Shown here one piece after another: positions 50,301-62,087 of a DNA stretch of 64,000 bases. A program made the translations under genes and the position numbers. Source of the DNA: Mercenaria mercenaria (Eukaryota); contig NC_069372.1 of the NCBI RefSeq assembly GCF_021730395.1, forward strand, positions 64,348,221-64,412,220, given 5' to 3'. The notes beneath the pieces were generated by a model, which worked only from the letters and a program-made list of their open reading frames with translations, had not been told where the DNA came from and did no database searches. Numbering within the stretch: the first letter of the stretch is position 1; the number at the start of each line of letters is the position of its first letter.

Positions 50301-52059
50301 GATTACGGCTTAATGTGACATCTATTACGAAGCATACATCAGTTTTGCTTGTATTTGACATGATATGCCTGCCAAAATTTTCCCAGTACAGCTAATCATT
50401 TTCTGGACAAGGTTTGTTTACGTAACCGAGACACTTCCAAAGGAAAGTGCGTTCTGTATTACCCTCCGTAACGCAACTTTGAAAAAAGAACAACCAACAG
50501 AGATGCTATTTCAATTTAATAAACGTGAAGGCTTTCGGAAAATCGAATTATATGAATCTTATTAATACTAAAAAGGACACATTGTTAGTCTTTCATTTTA
50601 AGTACAAACTAGTAAAATTGAATTACAAAAGCTAATAATGTTTGAAACAGGCCTTCTCATTTCCACATTATAAATAATATCAACAAATGACATTTTCCTG
50701 ATTACAATAATGAGCTAATGGACTATTGGCATTACATTTTATAAAATTTTAAAACGAAGAAATCGCATTTACAAGAAATATAACAGAGGTTGCGAGTATG
50801 TTGGAATTTTATTATATAAAACAATAAGCATAAGAGCTTTCAACGTTGATTCTTGATGTGCGCTGTCATTTAAAGACTAGTGTCGTAAAACATATAAATT
50901 AAATTTAAGAACACTAGTGCTATTCATAGATTTGCCCGAAGTCCCAATAATCTTTACACGCCGCACACGTCTAAACGCACAAACATACACTCAGTTTCAA
51001 AAGAAAGTGTGCACTTAGTTTTCTGTTATTTTTTCTCGGTTATTTTCATGAAAACTTATAATGTTTGGTACCAAAATTTTAATCAGTTCGTAAACAAATT
51101 GGTGTGCATTTTAGATTTTGAATTATACGTGAGAGTTAGTGTATGAAAAAATGAAACAAAAACGTCGGGGAATTTTTCGGCGAACGCCGTCTATGAACGA
51201 ATTCGTTACCTATGCCACGTGACTTCAGTTTGCAAATCAAATTACTTGATAACGTATTATAGACAATTTATCAAAATGGAAGATTTATGCAACACTCTGC
51301 CTGACTGGACGAGAGTGTCAATTTCTTTCACTCTGTTGATTGTGCTACGCCGAGTGAAATGTAGACAAAGCGTTTATCCTAAACGACGCTGTTCACAGTT
51401 TTAAAGCTAACTTTGGCTCAGTATATTTAGCAAGAATATTGATATATCTCAAAATGATAAGTAAGTTTAATAAATATGATAAAAACCTGTTCAAATACCA
51501 ACATATATCAAATTAAAGAAAGAGCTGAATACGGTCTGCGTATCACATGAATAAGGGTGTGATAAGAGTGTTTTATGTAGAGAAGTGCTTTTTAAAAGAT
51601 TTTCCTTGTTACAATTGTCGTCTGTATATGAAAAGGTTTCTTGCTTTTGTGACTTATTCAGATTGCATATTAAAATGAATACTTGTTTGCTTTGATATAT
51701 TTGTTATAAATTATTTAACTGATTTATTATATATGAATATTTTTCTTTAGTATGGTATGCAAATATTGAACTCAGTTGAAATCTGTTTTATTATGCATAT
51801 GCTATATAATGACTGAATCTCATTACACTGAAAGGAAGGTACGCTGCATACAGTTTATCTATGTGATATGACTACGGTTAAACTTTGCTAATGAAACAGA
51901 AATATTGAAATAATTACACTTGTATGTTTTGCTTGACCTTCACTTTTTATAGGTGTGACGTCATTGTCCAAAGATTCATGAATAGCGAATATGCATTTGT
52001 TAAAGCGGGATCAGTTGGCCTATTTTAGAAATAAATAAAAATAATAAATAAAAAAATCC

Positions 52060-52520
52060 TTTAATTGATTTTTTCTCATGTATTCTAATCAAACTTGATT
52101 TGTAGCATCTTTATTAGTCCCGCAGCCAACTTTGTTCAGCTGGGACATTTGACCCCTTTTAGGGGCTGCTAGAGCTAAAACTAGAAATGCCTTTATACAG
52201 CGTCTCATGAACAGCTTGGTGGATCTTTGTCATACTTGGTCTGGAGCATCATTATAAGGTCCTCTTCCAAATTTATTTATATAGGAACTTGGGCCCTATT
52301 AGGGACCACTATAGCTAAAAGTAGATATGCCTTTCTTCGCATTAACCACTAAAATGTAATGGATTTTTATCAAACTCGATGTGTAACAATATCGTAAGGT
52401 CTCCTGCTATTTTGTTACAAATTGGGATAGGGACCAATTTAGCTAAAAATATAAACACGTTTAATGACCTCTTCTCATGAACCGCTTCATGAATCTTCAT
52501 CAAACTACTGCTGTAATTAT
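52060..52520 (+). repeat. About 3 units of the ~150-bp 'ggggctgctagagctaaaactagaaatgcc…' satellite, without Helentron termini.
   Basis: Same unit as 6612-8457. Confidence 0.7.
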
Positions 52521-53772
52521 TCGTCTAAGGATAAACGAAACAAAATTGCAACCCTACGAAACCTTTGCGAAAAATTACAAGAGAACCATTTAAATTGTTA
52601 AAGTGCGGTGTTTAGTTTTGCAATTTGAAAAATGTTAGATGAAAGATGAATGTTAGATGAAAAATTCATAAACTTCTTTCCTTTTTACAATTCGCCGACC
52701 ATCATTTTTAAAGATATTTCTTGTTTGAAATATTTAAACTTAAAAAGTGCACACTTTCTTTTGGAACTGAGTATATCCTCCAATCAAGGTCTATCTCTTC
52801 AACGAATTTGAAACTTTTTACAATTTTACTATATTGTTTTTGAAAACAAATTTACGTTAAGAATTTTATAGAAACCATCAGAATTATACAGAAATATATT
52901 CAGAAAATGAGCACTCGCTCGAAAGTTTTCTCTGAGACAGAATATGCTTATATTTTGCTCATCTTATTCTATAAAAAACACGTTTACTTTTGTAGCAAGA
53001 ATATTATAATCGGCGAACAAGAATTTAACGTAAGCAGGTCTTTATGATTGTGCTAGCAAGATGTTTTAGAGATCGTTAGCCTGACATTTAGTTTGATTTT
53101 CTGGTACTTAGGGAAATAAAACAAATGACTTTTGTAGCAATCTCCTTAAAAGATAAATATAAGGATTGGATATCACTCTGTTCTTTTAAACAGTGTATAA
53201 ACTACTTCTTGCAATCATCCAAAGATATCTAATGCAATTCGTGGGCGGACAAGAAGTCCCAGGTTGGTTGATTCTCGTCTTAACGCAGAAAAAAGTAGAT
53301 ACATTCATTTGAGGTCGTCGATTAAAGAGATACATATTAGTGATTGGTGTCGAGGAATTTCAAACTGCATATCTTTCAGCGGACGACTCCGACAGCAATT
53401 ATTGAAGTAGCAGTCAGTCTCAGCAAATTGTCCTCGATTATTGCAATTTCAAGTAACAGTTCAATTTTCTTTGCACATAATAAGAAGATTCTTTTTCAAT
53501 AACTACCATGCAATAATTGCAGAGGATAAAAGAGGACCGTACACAGATATCATTGTTCTAAATGACAACCAATTGTTTGTTGCGAATCAACATGCTCTGA
53601 ATTTAAACAATAGGTACCAATAAGTGTCTTGCCAAATGGGTAATTGTTTTAAATTAGTGTTACTATACCGGAATAATTTTAACGTTTATTTCTTACTTTG
53701 ACGTTTATAACACAGTATTTACCCTAAGGGGTACCAAATGTTTTAAGACACTATAGTTTTCACTCAGTTTTA

Positions 53773-54490
53773 TTAACGTTTCGGCCTTAAGGTCTTTATC
53801 AAAATGACAAATTCCGAGAATTACTCTACATCATGGCGTCTCATAATATAACAATATTTGAAATACAAAACAGGAATTGACGTAACGTTATTAAACGTCA
53901 ACGTAAAATCCCGCTAAAAAGCGACACACATTTATGATGCACAAGGACTGTCTACTGGCCACATGATTAAAAAGTTATAGACTTAATGTGCAGAAATACA
54001 TCAAGCTAGTGAAGTCCCCATGCTATCATGGGAGACAAATTAAAATTATATCCTAATCAATTCGTTGGTAGGACAATGAAAGTTTATATTCCATAGATAT
54101 ATTACAAAAAATAAACTAAAACAAACAAAGATACCCATAAAATTTTGCATTCAACCATTAGCTCATTACTAAAACGAACAAAAATTCGTTTTATTTTTAT
54201 TTTTGTTCTTTTAAGTAATGACCTAATGGTTGAATGCAAAATTTTATGGGTATCTTTGTTTGTTTTAGTTTATTTTTTTTGTTAATCATGTGGCCAGTAG
54301 ACAGTCCTTGTGCATCATAAATGTGTGTCGCTTTTTAGCGGGATTTGACGTTGACGTTTAATAACGTTACGTCAATTCCGGTTTTGTATTTCAAATGTTG
54401 TTATATTATGAGACACCATGATGTAGAGTAATTCTCGGAATTTGTCATTTTGATAAAGGCCTTAAGGCCGAAACGTTAATAAAACTTGTT
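53773..54490. mobile_element. About 720-bp foldback element. Arms of ~200-400 bp are inverted around a centre at ~54182. The left arm carries an extra ~140 bp (53970-54110) that is missing from the right arm.
   Basis: Reverse-complement matches between 53773-53969 and 54283-54485, and between 54115-54180 and 54185-54250. Confidence 0.75.
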
Positions 54491-56597
54491 GACGTTTTAG
54501 TTTAAAAAGGAGAAAAGTACAATTAAAATAAAAGCGTTAGAAGCGAAGCTCTTATAACTAGACAGCCAGAAATTCAAATTTAGATAACACAAAAATGTGT
54601 ATGCAAAAGAATGTTTGTTTCGGAATAAAATAAATGCATTTTGCATATTTATATCTATGTGAAGGTGTTTGAAATTAACTCTTTAACTTGTAACGTTAAG
54701 TGCCTAATGCTAAAATTTTAGTCAAAAGCGAAACACCTAATGCTGAATGTCAAGTATATATGCAGACAAAAAAATAAAATTTATAGAAGGCCGGTGCACC
54801 ATAAAAATAACAAAAAATCATACATATTTAATGCTTAATGTCAAATACGTAATGCTAAATGCAAAATACGTAACGCTACATACTAAATACAATATGCAAT
54901 ATACTTAATACTAAACGCCAAATGCTGAATGACAAAAAGCTCATGCTTATTGCCAAATGATTAAAGCTAATAATCAAATTCCGTAAATGTAAGAGTTAAA
55001 GATATCTTTCTCTTAAACTAATGACTGTACCTTTTAAATACTTGAAAACATTTAAACTGAAAAATATTCTGCAGTTGATTTGAAGCAATACCATGTTTTA
55101 CTGGTCATTTGAAAATGGATTCGAAATTGTTTTTTTTTTTCAATTATATCTAAGAAAATTATTTAAACACAGTTATGTTAAGAAAGTCATTGACTAAAGG
55201 ATACATCCATTCATTGGTATATTAAGCCTTTTATTTGTGTAATCACGAAGCAATAAGCATTCGGCTTTTATTGTTTCGAACTTCACATTTAACAATTATT
55301 TTACTGTTCCATTTTTTCAATCAATATGTGAAATTTAGCATTTTGCATTATCTATTTGTCAGTTAGTATTTTGCATTAGACACATAATTCTAAATATAAA
55401 TTGTAAATTGCCAAATACCAGGTGTCTTACTGTTTTACTTTGTAGTGCCATGCGTTTGTAATCTTTTATATTCAAAGATATCATGTGAAATTTGTTTGGT
55501 GTGAAGTAATCATTTTTATCTACCGGTAACATAAAACTGTACTTAAATGTTAAGACAATTATCATTTCCATTTCGTATGTAACATTTATCATTTAGCATG
55601 ATATCCCGGTCTTCTGTAAACTATGGAAGGCCGGTGGGCCATGATCATTTCCAAAATGTTAATGAACAATGTCATTTGCCAAGTAATTAGTGTTTAGTTT
55701 TGATTGTAAAACGGTGATTTCCAGGGATAAATGCTATTTGGTAATTGCAAAATGCCGAACAATAAATGCTAAATGTTAATTGCTGTTAAGTGCGTACTCA
55801 AGGAGCTGAATATATTAATGCATCCTGTAAGTCATTGGTCTAGAACTTTAGCTCGTTTTCTTAACATCTAATAGGCTCATTTCCCATGACCGGTATTATT
55901 CTTTTAGTTCAGTCTAGTAGAACAATAATTAAAAGTTACATTCGTTAGTTCAAGAGGTAAACTCATAAAGTTGAAGACTTTGATGATTAACATTTATCAT
56001 TTGGTAATTACTAAATCATCTATTTGACATTTAGCATCTGACATTAAACATTAAATACATGCATTTGACATGAAGAAAAACCATTTAGCATTAATTATTT
56101 GTCAATTAGCAATTAGCATGGAGCACCGGCCTTACATAAAATAGACTAACATACATGCATTTGCTTTTTCCCTCTAAAACATATTACTGTTTTGTACGAT
56201 AAATTTTGATAATATACCCGCCTCATCTTTACAGTAAGTAAGTACGTGTATCTTTGAAATCTATTAATCCATAGTTTTAAATGTATTTCAGACTCAAACA
56301 GTTTAACAAGTACTATTTCATTACATTTTCCCTAGAATTTATTGAATACCTATATCAAGGCTTTGTTGAAAAACGGCGTTAAGCCCTAAACAAACAAACA
56401 AAATATACCAGGGTTTCAGAAATCTGCAAATGTATTGGTAGCCCATTGGGCTACTAATATCTTAGTCTAATAGCCCGAACATTTTGGTTTATTTGGCAAA
56501 ATATGTTTAGTGCATGTACGCTATAGTTGGATGGATATAGGTTTCATAATTTTAGTCATACAATTTTGAGACTATTCTGGTGAAGTATAGGTGTCAG

Positions 56598-57818
56598 ATG
56601 GCTGGTAAGGAGGTACAGGAGTATGTGGAGTGTACTATGGGATCACAGAGGATCACTCGGGTGGCCACACCTTCTACAGGTGCACGTAAACGACACATGT
56701 CAGCACCAGGGTCAGGTGAATTGTCAGCTAAGAAGTTAAAAAGCCTAAATCTTGAGCCTTTGCAATCTCTTGACTTTGAAAGTGATCGTAGAACTGTGAG
56801 TGCCAAGCGTAAGGTGAACCGCAGATTGTATTCCAAGGAGTCCAACAGCAGTGAGGATAGTGATGATGATGACAGTCAGTTTGTGGTAACTAGTGCAGAA
56901 GTACATGTGAACGCTAGTACAAGTGTGGAACAACTGATAAGTAAGCTTTCTATTGACATGCATAAGATGTATGAGAACTTACATAGTAGAATTGAGGCAT
57001 TAGAATCAGGTCTTGAGGATAAAATTGTGCACAGGATATCCAATGTGTTTGACAAACGTTTTAGAACTGAAGTGAATAAGTTGGAGAAGAAAGTTGATGA
57101 TAAGATTGATGCAAAATTTGACACATTTAAGGAAGAAATTAAAGGTGAAATAAAGGCTGAGGTGAATTCAGAACTTGGCAAGTTGAATAATAAAATTGAA
57201 CAGTTTTCACAACAAACAGGAAGTGAAGTGTCGAGAGATTTTGATCGTAGTGTGGCAATACTAAACCTCCCAGAGTCTAGAGGTGAGAACATTGAAACCA
57301 AAGTGAATGCTTTAGTCCGTGAAGGCTTGAAAATTCGTGACATTAGAATTTCAAGTGTGTCTCGAAAACGAGCAGCCAATAAAGACAGTGACGGAGTGGT
57401 GATTGTGAAGTTTTCTTCTAGGGAAGATAAGCAGAAAGTTATGTCTGCCAAGAAATCTCTGAGAGACAGTAGACAGTATGCACAAGTTTACATAAACCAT
57501 GATCAGCCTAAAAGCGAACGTGTCTTTGCAAACAATTTTAGAAAAATTCTTTCTGCAATGAGGACTGGGGATTCCAACCTTGAAATGCGTGGTACGCATG
57601 TCGTGAACCGGAGGGACTCATCTGGTAGGCGTGACAATGATAACGGTCGAGATAATCGAGATCGTCGTGGTGATAGCCGTGGTAACCACGGTGATGATAA
57701 CAGCAGGAGAAATGACTACCGTGATCGTGATTCTGAGTGGAGTTCTGCGGGTAGACATCGTAATTCCCGTGGCTCGGGTCGTGGAGGACCTGGTCGTGGG
57801 TACAATTCCCGTAGATAG
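56598..57818 (+). CDS. LINE ORF1p, L1-type. The N-terminus may be GTG 56580 or ATG 56598. It has a coiled coil, an RRM-like domain ('SVAILNLPESRGE…VVIVKFSSREDKQKVMSAKKSL') and an RG/RD-rich C-terminal tail. It ends at TAG 57816-57818.
   Basis: The ORF is from the six-frame track. Its domain logic resembles L1 ORF1p (Transposase_22): coiled coil, then an RRM whose 'NLRIIGVPE'-like and 'IIVKF' elements are preserved. Confidence 0.75.
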   Translation: MAGKEVQEYVECTMGSQRITRVATPSTGARKRHMSAPGSGELSAKKLKSLNLEPLQSLDFESDRRTVSAKRKVNRRLYSKESNSSEDSDDDDSQFVVTSAEVHVNASTSVEQLISKLSIDMHKMYENLHSRIEALESGLEDKIVHRISNVFDKRFRTEVNKLEKKVDDKIDAKFDTFKEEIKGEIKAEVNSELGKLNNKIEQFSQQTGSEVSRDFDRSVAILNLPESRGENIETKVNALVREGLKIRDIRISSVSRKRAANKDSDGVVIVKFSSREDKQKVMSAKKSLRDSRQYAQVYINHDQPKSERVFANNFRKILSAMRTGDSNLEMRGTHVVNRRDSSGRRDNDNGRDNRDRRGDSRGNHGDDNSRRNDYRDRDSEWSSAGRHRNSRGSGRGGPGRGYNSRR

Positions 57819-59474
57819 ATTCTTGCGGGGTTTTGGAACGTTCGAGGTTGGAAAAGTGATCCAAATTCTGACAATAGTGTTTTTAGATCATTTTGTTTGA
57901 AGAACTTTTCTTGTGACATTTTAGGGGTAGCTGAAACACACCTGGTAGGACTTGATGAGCTCAACATTACAGGTTACAAGTGGATCGGGCATAACAGATC
58001 TCTCTTACACAAGAATGCTCGAACTGGGTCCGGCGGAATTGGCTTTCTGATAAAAAATGAACTGTATAATGATTTTGATGTTTCAATTTTAGACAATTCA
58101 GTTGAAGGAATTCTTTGGTTAAAGTTAGTACATAAAGTTACAAGTTTCACAATTTTACTATGTGTCTGCTACCTTCCTCCTGAAAATTCTTCAAGGCATT
58201 TTGATGTTATTTCTTTTTACGACAATCTTTTATGTAATTTTTATGAATATCAGAAAACTGGTTTACCTTTTATTTGCGGAGATTTTAATAGTAGATGTGG
58301 TGAGCTAGAAGATATGATTATTGGGGTAGATAATGTTAGACCTCGGAAAGTTGTTGATTTTAAAGTGAATAATTATGGTGAATTGTTTATAGATTTTTTA
58401 ATAAATACAAACATGTGTATGCTCAATGGTCGATTTGACGAGATGTTCAATACTTATACGTCTGTTTCAACTAAAGGACTTTCAGTGGTTGATTATTGTA
58501 TTTGTAAACACCAGAACTTAAATGTTTTTACTGATTTTAAGGTTATTCCACCATCTGATTTAGTGGGTAGTAATAGCCCTATTTGTGGTGTGATGTCAAC
58601 TTGTTTACCAGATCACTCTGTTTTACTGTGGAATATTTTGCTTGATATTGATACATGTACTGAAAATTATGATTGTAATTTGCTTGAAAATAACAAAGAT
58701 TCAGAGTCATATGTTAAATTTGACTTGTCAAAAATTCCAGATAATTTTATGAAGGATGAAACCACTTTGTTGCTTTTAAATGAAAGTATTGTAAATTTAG
58801 AACAAGGTTTACAAAGACAACATGATATAGATGCTGTATATACTCAGTGGTGTGATATTGTTAAACAAAATATGTACAATAATGTGCCATATAAAACGTT
58901 CAAATCTGGCTCTCAAAGTAAGCGTTTTAAGCCAGGTAAGCCCTGGTGGAATCCTGTATTGTCTGAAATGTGGAGCTCTGTCTGTCAGCTGGAAAGAAAT
59001 TGGCGTAAAAGTAATGGTAATGTAAATTGTAAAAGTAACTTTGTACAAGCAAGAAAACAATTTGATAGGGAGGTTCAAAGAGCTAAACGGACATATTGGT
59101 ATAATCTACAAAATGATATTATTGCTGAATGTAATGATAATAATACATCATTTTGGAAAACTGTAGGTAAAGTTGGGGTTGGCTGTTCTAAGCCATCAAA
59201 AATCCCTGTAGAAATTGTTGATAGTGATGGCTCTATCACGCATGACATTGTCAAGGTTCTTAGAAAATGGCAGTCTGATTTTAGCTCACTTTTTAATGTT
59301 AACCATGGAAATACATCTGGTCACTTTTATACAATGTCGTCCAATGATGATAGTCTGAGAATCTTTAACGATAATATTTCAATATTGGAAGTGAAAAAAG
59401 CCGTTGACAATGCCAAGCGTGGTAAGGCTTCTGGGTATGATACAATTCCAGCTGATGTTTTGAAAAATGATACC
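57819..59474 (+). CDS. LINE ORF2 part 1. APE-type endonuclease (N-terminus ILAGFWNVRGW…; …GDFNSRCGELE…) plus linker. It is in frame directly after the ORF1 TAG, has no ATG of its own, and ends at an in-frame TAA at 59475-59477.
   Basis: Frame 0 is continuous from 57819. The ORF listed at 57897-59477 is the same frame. Confidence 0.8.
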
Positions 59475-59477
59475 TAA

Positions 59478-61331
59478 GTATTATTTTTGCATGCACTGTA
59501 TAATGTTTGTTTTAATTCTGGTAGTTTACCATCTATTTGGAGCAAATGCATCATAAATCCAATACCTAAGTCTTCTACATTAGATCCAAGAGACCCTCTT
59601 TCATACAGAGGAATAGCTTTAGCCCCTGCTATGTACAAGATGTTTTGTTTTATATTAAATGATAGATTGACTTCTTGGTGTAATGTAAATGACAAGATTG
59701 TGGATGAACAGAATGGCTTTAGGAAGAATCGTAGTACGGTTGATCAGATATCGTCCCTTACGTCAATTATTGAGACTCGTAAGGCACTCGGGAAATCGAC
59801 TTTCTGTGCGTTCATTGATTTTCGTAAGGCGTACGATTCAATCAATTGTCATAAGCTTTGGCAGCGTCTTTCATATATTGGAGTGTCCGGTAAATTGTTT
59901 TCTTGTTTAAGGTCATTGTATTCATCCACATACTCTTGCGTTAGAGTCAATAATTTACATACAGATTGGTTTGATGTAACGTGCGGGTTGAGACAAGGTT
60001 GTGTTCTTTCGCCACTTTTATTTAATCTGTATATAAATGATCTTGCTACATTTATAAAAGCTTTGAATGTTGGTGTAACTATAAATAATGAGAAAGTTTG
60101 CCTTCTCATGTATGCTGATGACATAGTTCTTATGGCAGAGTCAGCCAAGGATTTGCAACTTTTATTGAACGCCTTACATGATTGGTGTGGTACAAATGAT
60201 ATGACTATCAATGTTAACAAAAGTAATGTTGTGCATTTTAGAAAACAATCTGTTCAGAGGTCTTCTTTCAGTTTTATGTGTGGTAATCAAACATTAGATG
60301 TAGTTGATAGATACACTTACCTTGGTTTAGTATTAAATGAATTTTTAGACAATAGTATTACTGCCAAGGCTGTGGCACAAAGCGCTGGTCGTGCTCTAGA
60401 CTTACTAATTGCAAAAAGTAAATCGGCAGGAGGTTTCCCACATGATGTTTTTAAGACATTATATGATTCATTGGTGTGGCCTGTTATTGAGTATGGTTCT
60501 AGCATTTGGGGCTTCAGGGCTCGCTCATGTATAGACACAGTCCAGAATAGGGTAATGCGCTTTTTTCTGGGAGTAGGCAAGTACTCACCTACTATGGGTT
60601 TATATGGTGAGCTGGCTTGGGATCCTCCGCAGGTCCGTCAATTAGTCTCTGTGTACCGGCTTTTGGTACGTCTTTCCCGCACCAATGAATCTCGTTTGAA
60701 TAAACGAGTTGCGCTTTGGTCTATGGCCTTGGCTGGCAGTCGTTGTAAGAACTGGTTCTTTTATGTCTGTCAGAAAATACATGATACTGGTATGTTAAAT
60801 ACATGTATAAATTCACCAATTATATCTTCCAATGTGCAGAAACTTAAAGATCTTGCCATGTGTAAATTTAAACAAGACTGGTTAACAAAAATAAATAATA
60901 ATACTGGTCCTTCTAGAAATGGTGGTAACAAACTTCGTACTTATTGCACTTTTAAATCAGAATATGTTGTAGAAAAATACTGTTCAATGATTTTACCGCC
61001 TTCACATAGATCAGCATTTTGTAAATTTAGACTAGGTGTTGCACCTCTCAGAATAGAAACTGGGCGCTATGAAGGTCTCAGATTTGATGACAGAATTTGT
61101 CCTTTCTGTAATGATGTCGAAACTGAAATACATGTACTGATGCAATGCGAGGTATATAGTGATTTAAGAAATGCCTTGTTCAGCAAAGCTTGTGATATTG
61201 ATGAAAATTTTATGTCACTCACTGATAATGATAAAACTAAGTTTATATTTTCCAACCATGATGTTATAAGGGTTAGTGCCAAAACCTGTTTTAGTATACT
61301 TAATAGAAGAATGTGTTTTCTTTGTAAATAA
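59478..61331 (+). CDS. LINE ORF2 part 2. Reverse transcriptase (FIDFRKAYDS; GLRQGCVLSPLLFNLYINDL; MYADDIVLMAES) plus a C-terminal Cys/His motif (CPFCNDVETEIHVLMQCEVY).
   Basis: Canonical RT motifs A, B and C are read in the 614-aa ORF. It is in the same frame as part 1. Confidence 0.85.
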   Translation, partial: VLFLHALYNVCFNSGSLPSIWSKCIINPIPKSSTLDPRDPLSYRGIALAPAMYKMFCFILNDRLTSWCNVNDKIVDEQNGFRKNRSTVDQISSLTSIIETRKALGKSTFCAFIDFRKAYDSINCHKLWQRLSYIGVSGKLFSCLRSLYSSTYSCVRVNNLHTDWFDVTCGLRQGCVLSPLLFNLYINDLATFIKALNVGVTINNEKVCLLMYADDIVLMAESAKDLQLLLNALHDWCGTNDMTINVNKSNVVHFRKQSVQRSSFSFMCGNQTLDVVDRYTYLGLVLNEFLDNSITAKAVAQSAGRALDLLIAKSKSAGGFPHDVFKTLYDSLVWPVIEYGSSIWGFRARSCIDTVQNRVMRFFLGVGKYSPTMGLYGELAWDPPQVRQLVSVYRLLVRLSRTNESRLNKRVALWSMALAGSRCKNWFFYVCQKIHDTGMLNTCINSPIISSNVQKLKDLAMCKFKQDWLTKINNNTGPSRNGGNKLRTYCTFKSEYVVEKYCSMILPPSHRSAFCKFRLGVAPLRIETGRYEGLRFDDRICPFCNDVETEIHVLMQCEVYSDLRNALFSKACDIDENFMSLTDNDKTKFIFSNHDVIRVSAKTCFSILNRRMCFLCK

Positions 61332-61852
61332 TGTCCATTGTATTTTACTTTTAGTACATATGTACATTATTTTTATCATTTATGTAGAATATTACTGCTA
61401 ATCTGTTCATTTCAGATCTGATCTGAGGTGATACTTAGTTTCTTAACACCATTTTTTCCCTAGCGCATTAGTGCATAACTTCCTTGTCAGTGTCTTAGTT
61501 CTAGAATCCTTTTATGGCAGATTTTAGTCTTGATTAGCAGTTATAGTCTACATTTTATCATGTAGATATTAATACTCAGTCATATTGTTGTAATGTATAA
61601 TATGATTGAGATTATGTAGTCTCTTGTAGTTCTTTGTGACTATATATTAAGTAAGGTGCCATTGATTTGTTAAACTGTTTTAATGTTTGATTTGATGTCT
61701 ATTACAAATCTTTTAAGATTGGCCATACATGTATTTTATTGAATTGATTTCATGTATTATATGTAAGCATGTGATGGAATAGACAATAAACTTTGATAAA
61801 CTACATGTGTTGTTATAAATATTGTTCCATAAAATAGCAATTATGCACCTGT

Positions 61853-62087
61853 CAATATTTTGCCCGCCCGGGGGAGCGGCGGGCATACACGGGACTTTAG
61901 ACAGAAGACCATTCCCGACAGGCGGGAATTTGACAAACATTTGATGTACCAACCAGGCTCTAGGGTGGGATTTAGACAAAAAAGGCTGTCCCTAGGGTGG
62001 GGATTTAGACAACAACATTTTTGAAATGTCAAATTCCCCCGGGTCGGCCCGCCGTCCCCCTGGGCGGGCAAAATATTGACAGGTGCA
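61853..62087. mobile_element. 235-bp MITE with ~32-bp TIRs (TGCACCTGTCAATATTTTGCCCGCCCGGGGG) and a 3-bp TSD TTA, so PIF/Harbinger (Tourist-like).
   Basis: TIRs and the TTA at 61850-61852 and 62088-62090 are read directly. Confidence 0.7.

Larger units (their letters stand above)
56410..61840 (+). mobile_element. Near-full-length non-LTR retrotransposon (L1/Tx1-like by ORF1 architecture and ORF2 C-terminal motif). Neither end is precisely defined. AATAAA at ~61785.
   Basis: ORF1 plus APE-RT ORF2. The 5' limit is set after a SINE-tail remnant at ~56375-56400. No clear poly(A) is visible. Confidence 0.6.

Noticed and set aside
57631-57900. 89-aa ORF overlapping the ORF1 C-terminus in another frame.
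   Set aside because: It is a low-complexity (V/I/T-rich) translation of the alternate frame of the RG-rich coding region. The real ORF2 N-terminus is in frame 0 directly after the ORF1 TAG.
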